Source: a virus
Lineage: Duplodnaviria > Caudoviricetes
Reading direction: 5' to 3' (one strand)
Virus record (IMG/VR): IMGVR_UViG_3300032214_001883
Location: 1 to 53,904 of that record
DNA length: 53,904 nt
In this document: positions 18,627 through 27,954 of the stretch, piece by piece
How positions within the stretch are numbered: the first letter of the stretch is position 1
Layout of the letters: the number at the start of each line of letters is the position of its first letter
Translations under genes and position numbers: made by a program
The notes under the pieces: model-generated
What the model was told of the DNA's origin: nothing
What the model saw: only the letters and a program-made list of their open reading frames with translations
The model's database searches: none

Positions 18627-19232
18627 ATGGCAGCTTATCCAAAAACTGGTTCAACTCTAGACTCTACAACCAGGTCTTCATTATCAACCCAGATTATAAT
18701 TATGGTTAATAATGAGCCTGTTGGTGCAATTCAGAGTTTTGCAGAGACGCAAAACAGACCAATAAAAGAAATACCGGAAATTGGAACCGACGGTATAGTT
18801 GAGTTAGTACCTCAGGGTGCTGCCAAGACAAGCCTAAGAATAAACAGAATGTATTTTGACGGCCTATCCCTTCCAGAATCTTTTTCTCGTGGCTTTAGAA
18901 ATCTTCAATCTCAAAGAATTCCTTTTGATATAGTTGTTATCGATCAAACCACTGGGACTGGAAATGATGCTATAATAACCACATATCATAACTGCTGGTT
19001 CGAAAGCTTGAGCACAAACTATCAGACAAATGATTATACAATCGCTCAAGATGCAGGCGTAAAGTGCGAATTTGTCTCAACAATAAGAGGCGGAGAAGCA
19101 ATTGCCCTAAGCCAAGGAACCGGCGGTTCTAGACAGGTTCCCGTTCAGAAGGATTCTGTCGAATTGGCTGCAGATAGCGGTAAAACAAGAGGCTCTCTTG
19201 ATTTCCCAGGATTAATTTCCGCAGCATACTAA
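18627..19232 (+). CDS. Tail tube protein
   Basis: Follows sheath. VGAIQSF...EIG...ELVP...PFDI...YHNCWF pattern of myophage tube proteins; followed by terminator. Confidence 0.85.
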   Translation: MAAYPKTGSTLDSTTRSSLSTQIIIMVNNEPVGAIQSFAETQNRPIKEIPEIGTDGIVELVPQGAAKTSLRINRMYFDGLSLPESFSRGFRNLQSQRIPFDIVVIDQTTGTGNDAIITTYHNCWFESLSTNYQTNDYTIAQDAGVKCEFVSTIRGGEAIALSQGTGGSRQVPVQKDSVELAADSGKTRGSLDFPGLISAAY

Positions 19233-19247
19233 AAAAATTATTTTTTT

Positions 19248-19290
19248 AAAGCCGCTCTTCAAAATTATGAAGGGTGGCTTTATTTTTTTT
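19248..19290 (+). terminator. Rho-independent terminator after the sheath-tube unit
   Basis: Stem AAAGCCGCTCTTCA (19248-19261) / TGAAGGGTGGCTTT (19268-19281), 14 bp with two G-U pairs, then ATTTTTTTT. Confidence 0.85.
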
Positions 19291-19324
19291 ATTCATGTAG
19301 TATAAATTACGTTGAGGTATATTC

Positions 19325-19852
19325 ATGAATCAGGTAAAGCCACCTTCAGTTCCAGTTAGAACCGCAAGTGATGTAATGGGTGCGAGAGCAAAGCTTGGTG
19401 ATAAATTTTCTCCGGAGGCCTTAAAGAAACAAGACGAAGAAATTTCCAAGGAATCATCTGCAAGTTACCAGCAAATGACACCACAGCAGAATGATTTAGA
19501 AAAGTTGATATTTCTTGGCAGGGTGGATAAAACGGTTTCTATTGCAGGCTTTGCATTCAAGCTATCAACATTAACAACTAGCCAGCAAAAATTTATGATA
19601 ACTGAGATCTCAAGAGTAAAGGAGGAAGAAAGAATTTTTTATCTTAAAAATTCAACCATAGCGCTTTCTCTTTGTGATATCAATGGCGTTGATTTTGATG
19701 CGTTTATAAATAACGAAGCGAGAGATTTTTCTAAGAGACTTGAATTCATAAATAACCTTCAGTCAAATCTTGTTGATTCTCTTTTTAAGTCTTATACGGC
19801 AATGTTTCAAGAGTCAATTGATCTCTTAAACATGGAGGAAGTAAAAAAATAA
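19325..19852 (+). CDS. Tail assembly chaperone (gpG-like)
   Basis: Between tube and tape measure; GAGGT RBS; ends in GTA AAA AAA TAA slippery site. Confidence 0.8.
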   Translation: MNQVKPPSVPVRTASDVMGARAKLGDKFSPEALKKQDEEISKESSASYQQMTPQQNDLEKLIFLGRVDKTVSIAGFAFKLSTLTTSQQKFMITEISRVKEEERIFYLKNSTIALSLCDINGVDFDAFINNEARDFSKRLEFINNLQSNLVDSLFKSYTAMFQESIDLLNMEEVKK

Positions 19853-19910
19853 TAGAGCTCCCGCACCATAGAATACGCTGGGAGCTCTGCAAGATATGGA
19901 AATGTAGCGT
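19843..19910 (+). other. Programmed -1 frameshift signal: A-AAA-AAA heptamer plus candidate pseudoknot
   Basis: Heptamer 19843-19849. Stem 1 AGAGCTCCC (19854-19862) / GGGAGCTCT (19880-19888). Stem 2 ACGCT (19875-19879) / AGCGT (19906-19910). Confidence 0.8.
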
Positions 19911-20262
19911 TGATGATCCCATTTTTAATGAAATATCTTCAACCCAATGGGCTTGGCTTTGCGCAAATGTCGCAAAAGACAAGAGAGACGATTTTGAAGA
20001 AAAAATAACAATAGCTGATTATTTAGCTTCCTTCTGGAATCCAGAGTCTGTCAAGAAAATACAAGAAATTAGAAAGCAAAGAGAGCTAGACTCAGAAGTT
20101 TCGGATAAAGAATTCATAGAGATGATGTCACAGCAAGATTATAAGAGCAATCCGCTTGTTGATGCAATAAAGAAAATAAAAGAATCATCCTCCAATTCAG
20201 AACAAACTTCCTCCGCATTACACTCTATTAATTTAAATAAGTTAATCAAGGAAGGAATTTAA
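19849..20262 (+). CDS. -1 frame extension of the tail chaperone (gpGT-like; 137 aa added, ~312-aa fusion)
   Basis: Missing from ORF track. Open frame IIELPHHRIRWELCKIWKCSVDDP...LASFWNPESV...LIKEGI*, with no early ATG. Its TAA overlaps the tape-measure ATG. Confidence 0.85.
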   Translation: MIELPHHRIRWELCKIWKCSVDDPIFNEISSTQWAWLCANVAKDKRDDFEEKITIADYLASFWNPESVKKIQEIRKQRELDSEVSDKEFIEMMSQQDYKSNPLVDAIKKIKESSSNSEQTSSALHSINLNKLIKEGI

Positions 20263-22070
20263 TGCCGTCAGTTGCAAAAGAAGTTCAAGAGAATTTCTTA
20301 AATATTATAAAAAGTATTGGTAATTTTGATTCGGCAATGACAAAGATGCTTGTTGATTCTGAGAAATCATTCAGCAACATGAAAACAATGCTTACATCCG
20401 TAGATGGTGCACTATCCGGTGTTATAAACTTGAGTAAGATATTAGGAGACCAGATACCATTTAGTTCCACATTCATACAGTCAGCAAATGAAGTTAAAGA
20501 CTTGTTTGTTGGAATAGGTCAAACGATTATTACTGTTGCTGAAGAGGTAGATAAGAGGGGCGAATCTTATAGGGGGCTTATAAAGCAAAATTATGAATAT
20601 GCTTCAAGCTTTGGATATGGCATAGAAAAGGCGGTAGAGCTTACAGATAGAATTAGTGATATTTCAAAGGTAAACAGCCAACTTGCAGATTCCGGACTGT
20701 TTATTAGCACGGAGGATACACAGAGTGCTTTTCGTGAGTTATCCAAAAATCTGAAAACATCATCAAATGAATTTTTGGAATATTCTTATTCTATGGATGG
20801 AGTTTCGTTAAAAGCAGAACAAATGACTGCAGTACTTCAAGAAGTATCTGGAATTGATCAATGGAATTATTACAGCGCCTTGGGTAATGCTGTTGCAAAG
20901 AGCGGAATGTCCTTCGAAGAAGCAATCATGTCAGTTGCTGATTATAAAGAAATATCAAAAGAAACGGGTATTGGTGTAAATGAGGTTTCTTCTGCTTTAA
21001 GTGGTGCTGTAAATCAATTTGCAAAACTAGGTCTTACTGTTGATTTTGCAAAACCGGCACTAGTAGGTTTTGCAAGCGTACTAAAAGAAGCTGGATTAGG
21101 AATAGAAAACGCTTCGTCATTAACCCAAACGTTATCAACAAGCCTTATGGACGCCGCAAGCAGTTATGGAAAGGCTTACGTTCTGTTTCAGCAAGGAGGG
21201 CTCGATTTTGGCGGCGGTGGCGGTGTTCTTGGGGCGTCAATAGGTTTTAGGGCCTCCATGATGAACCAAACCCCAGAGCAGCAGGAAGCGACTGGAATGG
21301 ACCTAATGAAGGCCATGAAGGATACGATCTCAAATTTTACGGGAGGCTCGATTATAACACTTCAGGAGGCAGCAAAAAATCCGGCACTGCAGCAACAATA
21401 TTATGCTCAGGAGCAAATGCTATCTGGAATGTTTGGTATTTCTGGTCAAGCAGATCAGCAACAAACTCTGAGCTTATTACAGTCATTGGATGAAGCCACA
21501 AAGTCAGGAGATCGAGATCGTGCGGCACAATTGGCAGATCAGCTAAATGAAGGAAAAGAGCTTAGAGAAAAAACAAGCTCGCTTCAGGAGAAGCTCGGAG
21601 CGATAGCTGCAGGTAGTTTCTCTGAGCATGTCAAACAAAGCTATTTACAGCAGCAAACGGTCGAATCTCTATTGAGACAAGAGGGTGGGGTCCAATATGT
21701 CGGAGGAGAAGAGGGTGACAAGAGAAGTATGTTTGATGTATACAAAGAAGGTATGGAGAAACTATCTGGTGTAGTAAGTGAGGCAAGAAATATTGCAACG
21801 GAAGCAATTGGTGGAAAATTCAAAGAGATAGATACAAGCAATATATTTGATATATTAAAATCTACTGATTTTTCACCAGAGGAGGAGACTGGTACGCCGA
21901 CAGGAACCAGAACAACAACACAGGGCGGCTCTGTTTATAACCTAAACTTATATGGAAGTGCGGTTCCAGAAGGAAAGGCGGTTGTTATATTACCAGGTCA
22001 ACAACCCATGTTGACTGATATAAATGCAGGACTAACGAATGCGGCAAGAGCAGGAAAACCCATTAAATAA
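20262..22070 (+). CDS. Tape measure protein (602 aa)
   Basis: Directly after the chaperone pair; helical, Ala/Ser/Gln-rich; YNLNLYG near the C-terminus. Confidence 0.75.
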   Translation: MPSVAKEVQENFLNIIKSIGNFDSAMTKMLVDSEKSFSNMKTMLTSVDGALSGVINLSKILGDQIPFSSTFIQSANEVKDLFVGIGQTIITVAEEVDKRGESYRGLIKQNYEYASSFGYGIEKAVELTDRISDISKVNSQLADSGLFISTEDTQSAFRELSKNLKTSSNEFLEYSYSMDGVSLKAEQMTAVLQEVSGIDQWNYYSALGNAVAKSGMSFEEAIMSVADYKEISKETGIGVNEVSSALSGAVNQFAKLGLTVDFAKPALVGFASVLKEAGLGIENASSLTQTLSTSLMDAASSYGKAYVLFQQGGLDFGGGGGVLGASIGFRASMMNQTPEQQEATGMDLMKAMKDTISNFTGGSIITLQEAAKNPALQQQYYAQEQMLSGMFGISGQADQQQTLSLLQSLDEATKSGDRDRAAQLADQLNEGKELREKTSSLQEKLGAIAAGSFSEHVKQSYLQQQTVESLLRQEGGVQYVGGEEGDKRSMFDVYKEGMEKLSGVVSEARNIATEAIGGKFKEIDTSNIFDILKSTDFSPEEETGTPTGTRTTTQGGSVYNLNLYGSAVPEGKAVVILPGQQPMLTDINAGLTNAARAGKPIK

Positions 22071-22076
22071 CGTTGG

Positions 22077-22129
22077 TCCCATAAAATATATTTAAAAACA
22101 TATTAATAAAAAAGACATATTTTATGGGA
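22077..22129 (+). promoter_or_regulatory. 13-bp perfect hairpin burying ATG 22124, with TATTAATA in its loop
   Basis: TCCCATAAAATAT (22077-22089) / ATATTTTATGGGA (22117-22129); motif at 22101-22108. Confidence 0.7.
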
Positions 22130-23032
22130 AAAATAAAAAGAGAAACAATAAAATTTTTACTACCTGTAAATTATTCTACAGTTACATCCAATAATTCTGG
22201 TGGCAGACTGGTAATTCCTCTTTACATAAATCCACAAGAGGTCACGAGAACTGACAGCAAGGTAGTTCAGGAATCTCAAACTTTAGGCGGATTCATAGTT
22301 CAATATTGGGGAGAAAAATTAAGCAATTTTACAATCAGAGGAATTACTGGCTCAGGTGGCATTGAAGTTATAAATATACTAAGAAGTGTTTATAGAAATG
22401 AGCAGATTCAATTTAAAAAAATTCTGTTAGAAAGGCAGAGACAACTTGCCGAAGAAAGTGGAGCCATACTCAGCGATCTTGCCTCTCAAGCAAATTTTAA
22501 CGAAGGGCTTGTTGCCGCCGGCGACATACTTTTTGATGGTGTAGTTTCTGATGTAATAAATTCTGTTAGTGAAACGATAGAATTCTTAAAAGATCCAACA
22601 TCAATCACTACTAGCGATTCTTCCCAGCTAAGAAACCAAACTCCAACTCTTGCCTCGTTTGCAGTATCCGTAGACATGTCTTTTCAAGGCGAAATACATA
22701 GAGGTTTTTTTACTGATTTTTCTGTCACAGAATCCGCTCAAGAGCCAGGACACTTTAGCTATAATTTTTCGTTTAAGGCCCTTAGAAGTATTGGGGAAAG
22801 AAACAATTTTATGCCATGGCATAAATCACCGACAAATGAGTCCGGACAGCCAGTTCAATCAGACTCTATATACGCTCCATATGGTTCATCGCTTTCTTTC
22901 CCATATACAACACCAGTGAATGATTCAAATATACTTAAAACATCAACAACTATAGTGGAAGGGCAGTCCGGACAAAAGGATTCAAGCCAAAGATCATTAT
23001 CAAGATTTGGCGACCTTTCATCAAAAAAATAA
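22124..23032 (+). CDS. Baseplate tail-tube initiator (gp48/gp54-like)
   Basis: LYINPQEV...QTLGG...QYWGE...IRGITG and GFFTDFSVTESA...FSYNFSF tube-fold pattern; position after tape measure. Confidence 0.7.
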   Translation: MGKIKRETIKFLLPVNYSTVTSNNSGGRLVIPLYINPQEVTRTDSKVVQESQTLGGFIVQYWGEKLSNFTIRGITGSGGIEVINILRSVYRNEQIQFKKILLERQRQLAEESGAILSDLASQANFNEGLVAAGDILFDGVVSDVINSVSETIEFLKDPTSITTSDSSQLRNQTPTLASFAVSVDMSFQGEIHRGFFTDFSVTESAQEPGHFSYNFSFKALRSIGERNNFMPWHKSPTNESGQPVQSDSIYAPYGSSLSFPYTTPVNDSNILKTSTTIVEGQSGQKDSSQRSLSRFGDLSSKK

Positions 23033-23054
23033 TTTAAAATAGTAAAATAATAAG

Positions 23055-26000
23055 ATGAGTTATAATACATCATATCTTGATTTAAAGAGAAAGATTGATG
23101 GTGCAATAAACAGCACTATTGATAAACTTTTAAGTGGGGATTCTCCATTATACTTGGTTGAATCTGGCTCCTCAGTCTTTCTAGATCAGAGTAGGGCAAA
23201 ATCTGTAAAGCCAAAAAACAGATCTTTTGTTGCCCAATCACCAAATTCCACAATACTTATAAAGAAAAAGGCATTTTCTACCTTTAGTGCAAATAATGAC
23301 TTGAAGTGGATGGATAGAACTGAAAAAATGTTGCTAAGGGCAACAAAGGCTCTTTTTGCATACAAGGTAAATCAAATTAGAGCCTACGAGTCTCTAACGA
23401 AGCTAAACTCATTCATGAATGAATATGGAGAAGTAAATCTAAATATATTTATTGACACTTTAAATTCAGCCAAATATCTTGATATTGCAAATGCAGGAAG
23501 AAAACAGCAAATCTCTGGTTTCGTAGATTTAATTTCTGCGACATTTTCAGATTTAAATTATGACGCCCTCAAAGAAGATGTAATAAAGGTCCTGAGAAGA
23601 AATACATTTTCAACGCAAAATTACCTGACATCCTGGATTGTAGATCCAGATAATGTTGATAACTATCAAACTGGTCCAGGCACCGGAGTTATTGAGTTAT
23701 GTAACTTTACAAACTTTCAGTGCGACTCTGTTATTACTCCAACCGGTGGTAGCGGAAGTTTCTCAATTCAAGATCCATATAGAATTTTGAATATAATAGA
23801 GGAAGATGTTGAAATTGCAATAAGAGAAGCCCTACTTGGAACTTTGGGACTGCTAAATGATTTGGCTTATGGAGCAATGACAACACCGCCGCTTGATACT
23901 ACACTTATAGTTTCCTCTGCTTTTGAGCTGGCAGGTCTTGGAAGCCTAGACCCTACAATAGATGTTGATTACATACGTGAAAGGCTGAGAGTATTTTACC
24001 TTGGAAAAACTATAATAAACGTAGGGGATGCAGTACATTTTTACATAAAAGGAAATAAATACGTTGAAAATTCGCAGAATAATGATTCTTCATTTTCAAT
24101 ATCTCCAGATGATTCTTATTTTAATATAGATGATTCGATATTAGAGGCTGAAAAGAGATTATTTACAAACAACTATATTGATCTAGATACATACAAAAGA
24201 ATGAGAAGACTCTCAGATTCTTTTGACATGATTCATGTATTCGGAGGATTCGTAAAGGGCATCTCTGAGAATTTTTCTCCCACCAGTGGAAACTCAATAA
24301 GAGTTTCCTGTTCGAATAACATGGAATGGCTAACCTGGTCGAGATACATGGAGGAGCCAACACTAAATGATCCGAGGGGAGTTCTTGAGGATCCTCTCAC
24401 TCCATACGACTTAAAGAAAGATGAGACTGGCGAAATATTGCTCACTGGCGCACCAGAACTTCTACAAGAAAATAAAGACTTGTTAAGAAGTGGCTTGCTA
24501 AGCTTTGATTCTGGAATTTTAGCCGGAAGTAATGCAACAGAATCAAATATAAACCAGGGGCAGTATAATGACTCTGGTTCTCTATTTGGCAGCAGAATTA
24601 TTCAGCATCCACAAGGACTAATATACAGGTGGAAGACCGGCGTAATTACTGCAACTGCAGATGTCAAAAGCGGAAGTGACTCTGCAAGCCTCGCAGGTCA
24701 AAGAAACCTGCAGCAAGTATATGGTATGTTAGTTTCTGATTCCGCCGTTTCAAACTTAGACGTTGCAAATGCTATCAGCACATTGGTAACCGGTCAGCCT
24801 TATAATGTTGAAACGTTTACAAAACTTGCCTTTGAAGCCATGAATTTGGTAAGAAAGCAGGACGGATCATTCAATCCCACAACAGCCCTTTCGACTATAT
24901 TAAATTCAATAAGAAATCAGAATAAATTTTATGGAAACTTTAAACCATACAGGTTGATTACGCTTTCTCAAAAGACACTAAATCAATTTACTGGAGATTT
25001 TTTCTCAACTGAGAGCTCAAAAAATCAGATCTCAATATTGAGGCAGAAAAAAAATAAAATTAAATCGAAGATAGAAAAGCTTAAAGGCGGCTCATCATAC
25101 CTATCGCAACAGAAGGGTATGATTATAGCGACGTTACAAGCTGAATTAAACCTCATAAATGCCCAGATTGATGCTGAAGTTAAAATAGCAAGAAGCTCGA
25201 CTGGACAGGACGTTTCTCAAGTTTTTAATCAAGGATTTTTTAATGATTATAGCATTAATGGTCCTGGAAATACTGCCGATTATGATGTAAATAGAGCCAT
25301 GTCTATCGTATCTTCTCAAAGAAGAATGGAGGATGTGAAGCTAAATAGAGATAGTAATTACCTTATTATTTCAGACTTATATGATGCTAACACAGAAATT
25401 AAATTAGCCGCATTAAACCTAAAGAGACAAAATTTCAGCCTTTTTAAGGCAAGCTATATGCCAGTCTTAGATAGGATTGCAAATCTCGTTGAGGTTACGG
25501 GCTTTGAATTCTTCTGTAATTCTCAAGGGCACCTAGAGTTAAGGCCTCCGCTATGGAATAGAACTCCGTTAAGTGTTCTTAATGCAATGTACAAGTATCA
25601 GAGTACGACAAACAACAAGATTGTTCCAGACTTTCTTTTTAAATTGTTTGAAACTAGAATTGGCTCTTTGAAAGCAGAAATAAGTGCTTATAATATAAAG
25701 ATTGTAATATTAGCGCTCCTAATAGGAAGATATCCAGATGCATCTCTAATACCAATTCCAACAACAAATGAGGCGCTAAATATATTCGGTTCATATGGAG
25801 AGGATTCTCTAAAATTTTTCGGCGTCAGATTGGGGCAAGAGCAGAAAAAGACTTTTGGAAATGATACAAACTTTAGTACTGGTGGAATTTCAAGTCAGGT
25901 CGATGAAACAAGAACATTTGATTTATTTGTAGATATTGATATTTTTGATACAAGAAAAGATTCTACATCCGGAAATATCACCGATCTTATTGGTGATTTT

Positions 26001-27953
26001 AGCACTTTCTTTCTTGAGTCAAAACCATCGGGAGGGCTTGGTGGGGAACCGGGTAGCACCAATTACGATCTTGCGATAGATCTTATTCGCGATATATCTA
26101 CAGATGATATTGCGTCCACAAACTTGAGTCAAAACTCATCATATTTGAAGGTAGATGCTGAAAAAATAGAGAGCTTAAGACAGCAGTTTTTAAAGACAAC
26201 AGGCATAGATCCTATGATGGGCTTTTCACTGGAGGATGGAAAGTCAATAACATCAAAAGATTTGATTTATAAACTTCCTACCGGAAGTGCAGATCAGGCC
26301 GTAGATCTTGATACTATAACTAGAAAAGTTGAGAAAATATTCGGAGAGCTTGAAAAGGCAATATCGGGAAGAAATGCACTTGTTACGATTTTAAAAACAA
26401 ATCTTGAAAAACAAAGCGAGTTGGAACAAATAAATGACAATTTGGTCGGCGGCTTCTCAGAGGCATCAGATCAGGATCTATTTGATCAGGTTTTTGCGGA
26501 AAATATAGGTGGAGCGCTACCAAATGCAAGAAAAGCAATATCATCGCTGAATGATTTAATGTCAGGAGATGCGTTTACAAGCACTTTGTTTGATCATCTG
26601 ATAGAAGATGACTCGAAGAATCTGCTTGGACCAGGATCGGGAAGAAGATATATAATTCAGGATGAAGAAATAGAAGAAATGAGTATGGAGGAAAGGCCTC
26701 CGGATTATACAAGAATAGATGTTTATGGACAATCATCTCTTATTGATGAGCAGTTAAAAAGCATTTATGGCGGTGAAAATCTCATGTTTTGGGCTGGCGC
26801 AACAGACTTCGATCTGTGGAGGCAGTATGGATATAGACCAAAAACCTTAAACGTGCCATTCTCAAATAGCGCAGAATACGCATCTAAACCATTGGCACTT
26901 TTGCATATGATGATGCAAAGAGTTAAAATATTTTCAGGATCAGTTACTTTGGCTGGAAATGAATATTATCAGCCAGGTGATACCGTTTATATTCCATCCA
27001 AAGGACTTCTTTTTTATGTTACAAGAGTATCTCACTCTTTTGCAATTGGCTCTAAGTTTTCAACAACTTTGGCATTAGAATATGGTCATCCTCCGGGTAT
27101 TTATCTTCCGACGCCAATAGATATTATTGGCGAGCAATACAACAAGCAATTCTTAAAAAATGGAGATTTCGTAAATATTAGAAATACTTCTGGTGACGAT
27201 AAGTATAAAGTTTTGGAGCCAGATAGCTGCATAATATTTCCATTTGGAACTCAAATATCAGAAAATAACATAGATGCCCTTCTTTCTTATAAGGGGAATC
27301 AGGTTGCTTTCTATAACATGATTACAGATCTTTCAACTGGAATTCTGGCGGGAAGCAGAAAGTTACTTATAAGGGGATTTGTTAAAGATGGAAAAGACTC
27401 CTCTGTAATAAATGACGTTCAGAAAAGAATTGATCTTGTAAAGTCATTGTTTTTGAATCCAGTTATGTTAACACAAACAAATTCTACCGCACTGGGAGAT
27501 GATCTTTACGACTCAGTAAGCTCTATAATTCGTACCGCATCACCAATCGGTAATTCAAAAGACTTGGCACCAATGGTTTTGCCAAATGGAATAACTGCTC
27601 CAAAAATACAAGATTATCAGATAATTGAGCAGATTGTCTATGTAAATAGAGATGCATCATCAATCGATAACCCACAGTTGAGCAGGGTTGATTGCGTTTC
27701 AAATAAAGATATCGGAAGATTTAGAATGACTGGAAAAACAGTGGATATTTCACAGATAATAGATCAATTTCCAAAAGGCGGGCCAAAGCAATCTTCCATA
27801 TTTAAAGCAAGAGATGAATCTGAAAATTCCGTAGGACTATCTATAAACTCACTGGAGAGAACAATAGAGATAGGTCTATTAGATTTGGATAAGGCATCAT
27901 CAGATCTGTTAGCTTCTTTAGGAAACTCAGTAACATTATCTACGGGAATATAA
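23055..27953 (+). CDS. Baseplate hub protein (gp27/gpD-like), greatly enlarged
   Basis: VFGGFVKGI...VSC; FEFFCNSQGHLELRPP; GSVTLAGNEYYQPGDTVYI...FYVTRVSHSF...FSTTLAL hub signature. Confidence 0.75.
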   Translation: MSYNTSYLDLKRKIDGAINSTIDKLLSGDSPLYLVESGSSVFLDQSRAKSVKPKNRSFVAQSPNSTILIKKKAFSTFSANNDLKWMDRTEKMLLRATKALFAYKVNQIRAYESLTKLNSFMNEYGEVNLNIFIDTLNSAKYLDIANAGRKQQISGFVDLISATFSDLNYDALKEDVIKVLRRNTFSTQNYLTSWIVDPDNVDNYQTGPGTGVIELCNFTNFQCDSVITPTGGSGSFSIQDPYRILNIIEEDVEIAIREALLGTLGLLNDLAYGAMTTPPLDTTLIVSSAFELAGLGSLDPTIDVDYIRERLRVFYLGKTIINVGDAVHFYIKGNKYVENSQNNDSSFSISPDDSYFNIDDSILEAEKRLFTNNYIDLDTYKRMRRLSDSFDMIHVFGGFVKGISENFSPTSGNSIRVSCSNNMEWLTWSRYMEEPTLNDPRGVLEDPLTPYDLKKDETGEILLTGAPELLQENKDLLRSGLLSFDSGILAGSNATESNINQGQYNDSGSLFGSRIIQHPQGLIYRWKTGVITATADVKSGSDSASLAGQRNLQQVYGMLVSDSAVSNLDVANAISTLVTGQPYNVETFTKLAFEAMNLVRKQDGSFNPTTALSTILNSIRNQNKFYGNFKPYRLITLSQKTLNQFTGDFFSTESSKNQISILRQKKNKIKSKIEKLKGGSSYLSQQKGMIIATLQAELNLINAQIDAEVKIARSSTGQDVSQVFNQGFFNDYSINGPGNTADYDVNRAMSIVSSQRRMEDVKLNRDSNYLIISDLYDANTEIKLAALNLKRQNFSLFKASYMPVLDRIANLVEVTGFEFFCNSQGHLELRPPLWNRTPLSVLNAMYKYQSTTNNKIVPDFLFKLFETRIGSLKAEISAYNIKIVILALLIGRYPDASLIPIPTTNEALNIFGSYGEDSLKFFGVRLGQEQKKTFGNDTNFSTGGISSQVDETRTFDLFVDIDIFDTRKDSTSGNITDLIGDFSTFFLESKPSGGLGGEPGSTNYDLAIDLIRDISTDDIASTNLSQNSSYLKVDAEKIESLRQQFLKTTGIDPMMGFSLEDGKSITSKDLIYKLPTGSADQAVDLDTITRKVEKIFGELEKAISGRNALVTILKTNLEKQSELEQINDNLVGGFSEASDQDLFDQVFAENIGGALPNARKAISSLNDLMSGDAFTSTLFDHLIEDDSKNLLGPGSGRRYIIQDEEIEEMSMEERPPDYTRIDVYGQSSLIDEQLKSIYGGENLMFWAGATDFDLWRQYGYRPKTLNVPFSNSAEYASKPLALLHMMMQRVKIFSGSVTLAGNEYYQPGDTVYIPSKGLLFYVTRVSHSFAIGSKFSTTLALEYGHPPGIYLPTPIDIIGEQYNKQFLKNGDFVNIRNTSGDDKYKVLEPDSCIIFPFGTQISENNIDALLSYKGNQVAFYNMITDLSTGILAGSRKLLIRGFVKDGKDSSVINDVQKRIDLVKSLFLNPVMLTQTNSTALGDDLYDSVSSIIRTASPIGNSKDLAPMVLPNGITAPKIQDYQIIEQIVYVNRDASSIDNPQLSRVDCVSNKDIGRFRMTGKTVDISQIIDQFPKGGPKQSSIFKARDESENSVGLSINSLERTIEIGLLDLDKASSDLLASLGNSVTLSTGI

Positions 27954-27954
27954 T

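Noticed and set aside
19291-19330. TATAAATT (7/8 match to the T4 late promoter) inside a 7-bp ATTCATG/CATGAAT stem over the chaperone ATG
   Set aside because: Resembles the gate pattern, but the stem is short and the motif differs; chance cannot be excluded.
19785-19982. Minus-strand 65-aa ORF over the chaperone junction
   Set aside because: The region is explained by the + strand -1 frame extension.
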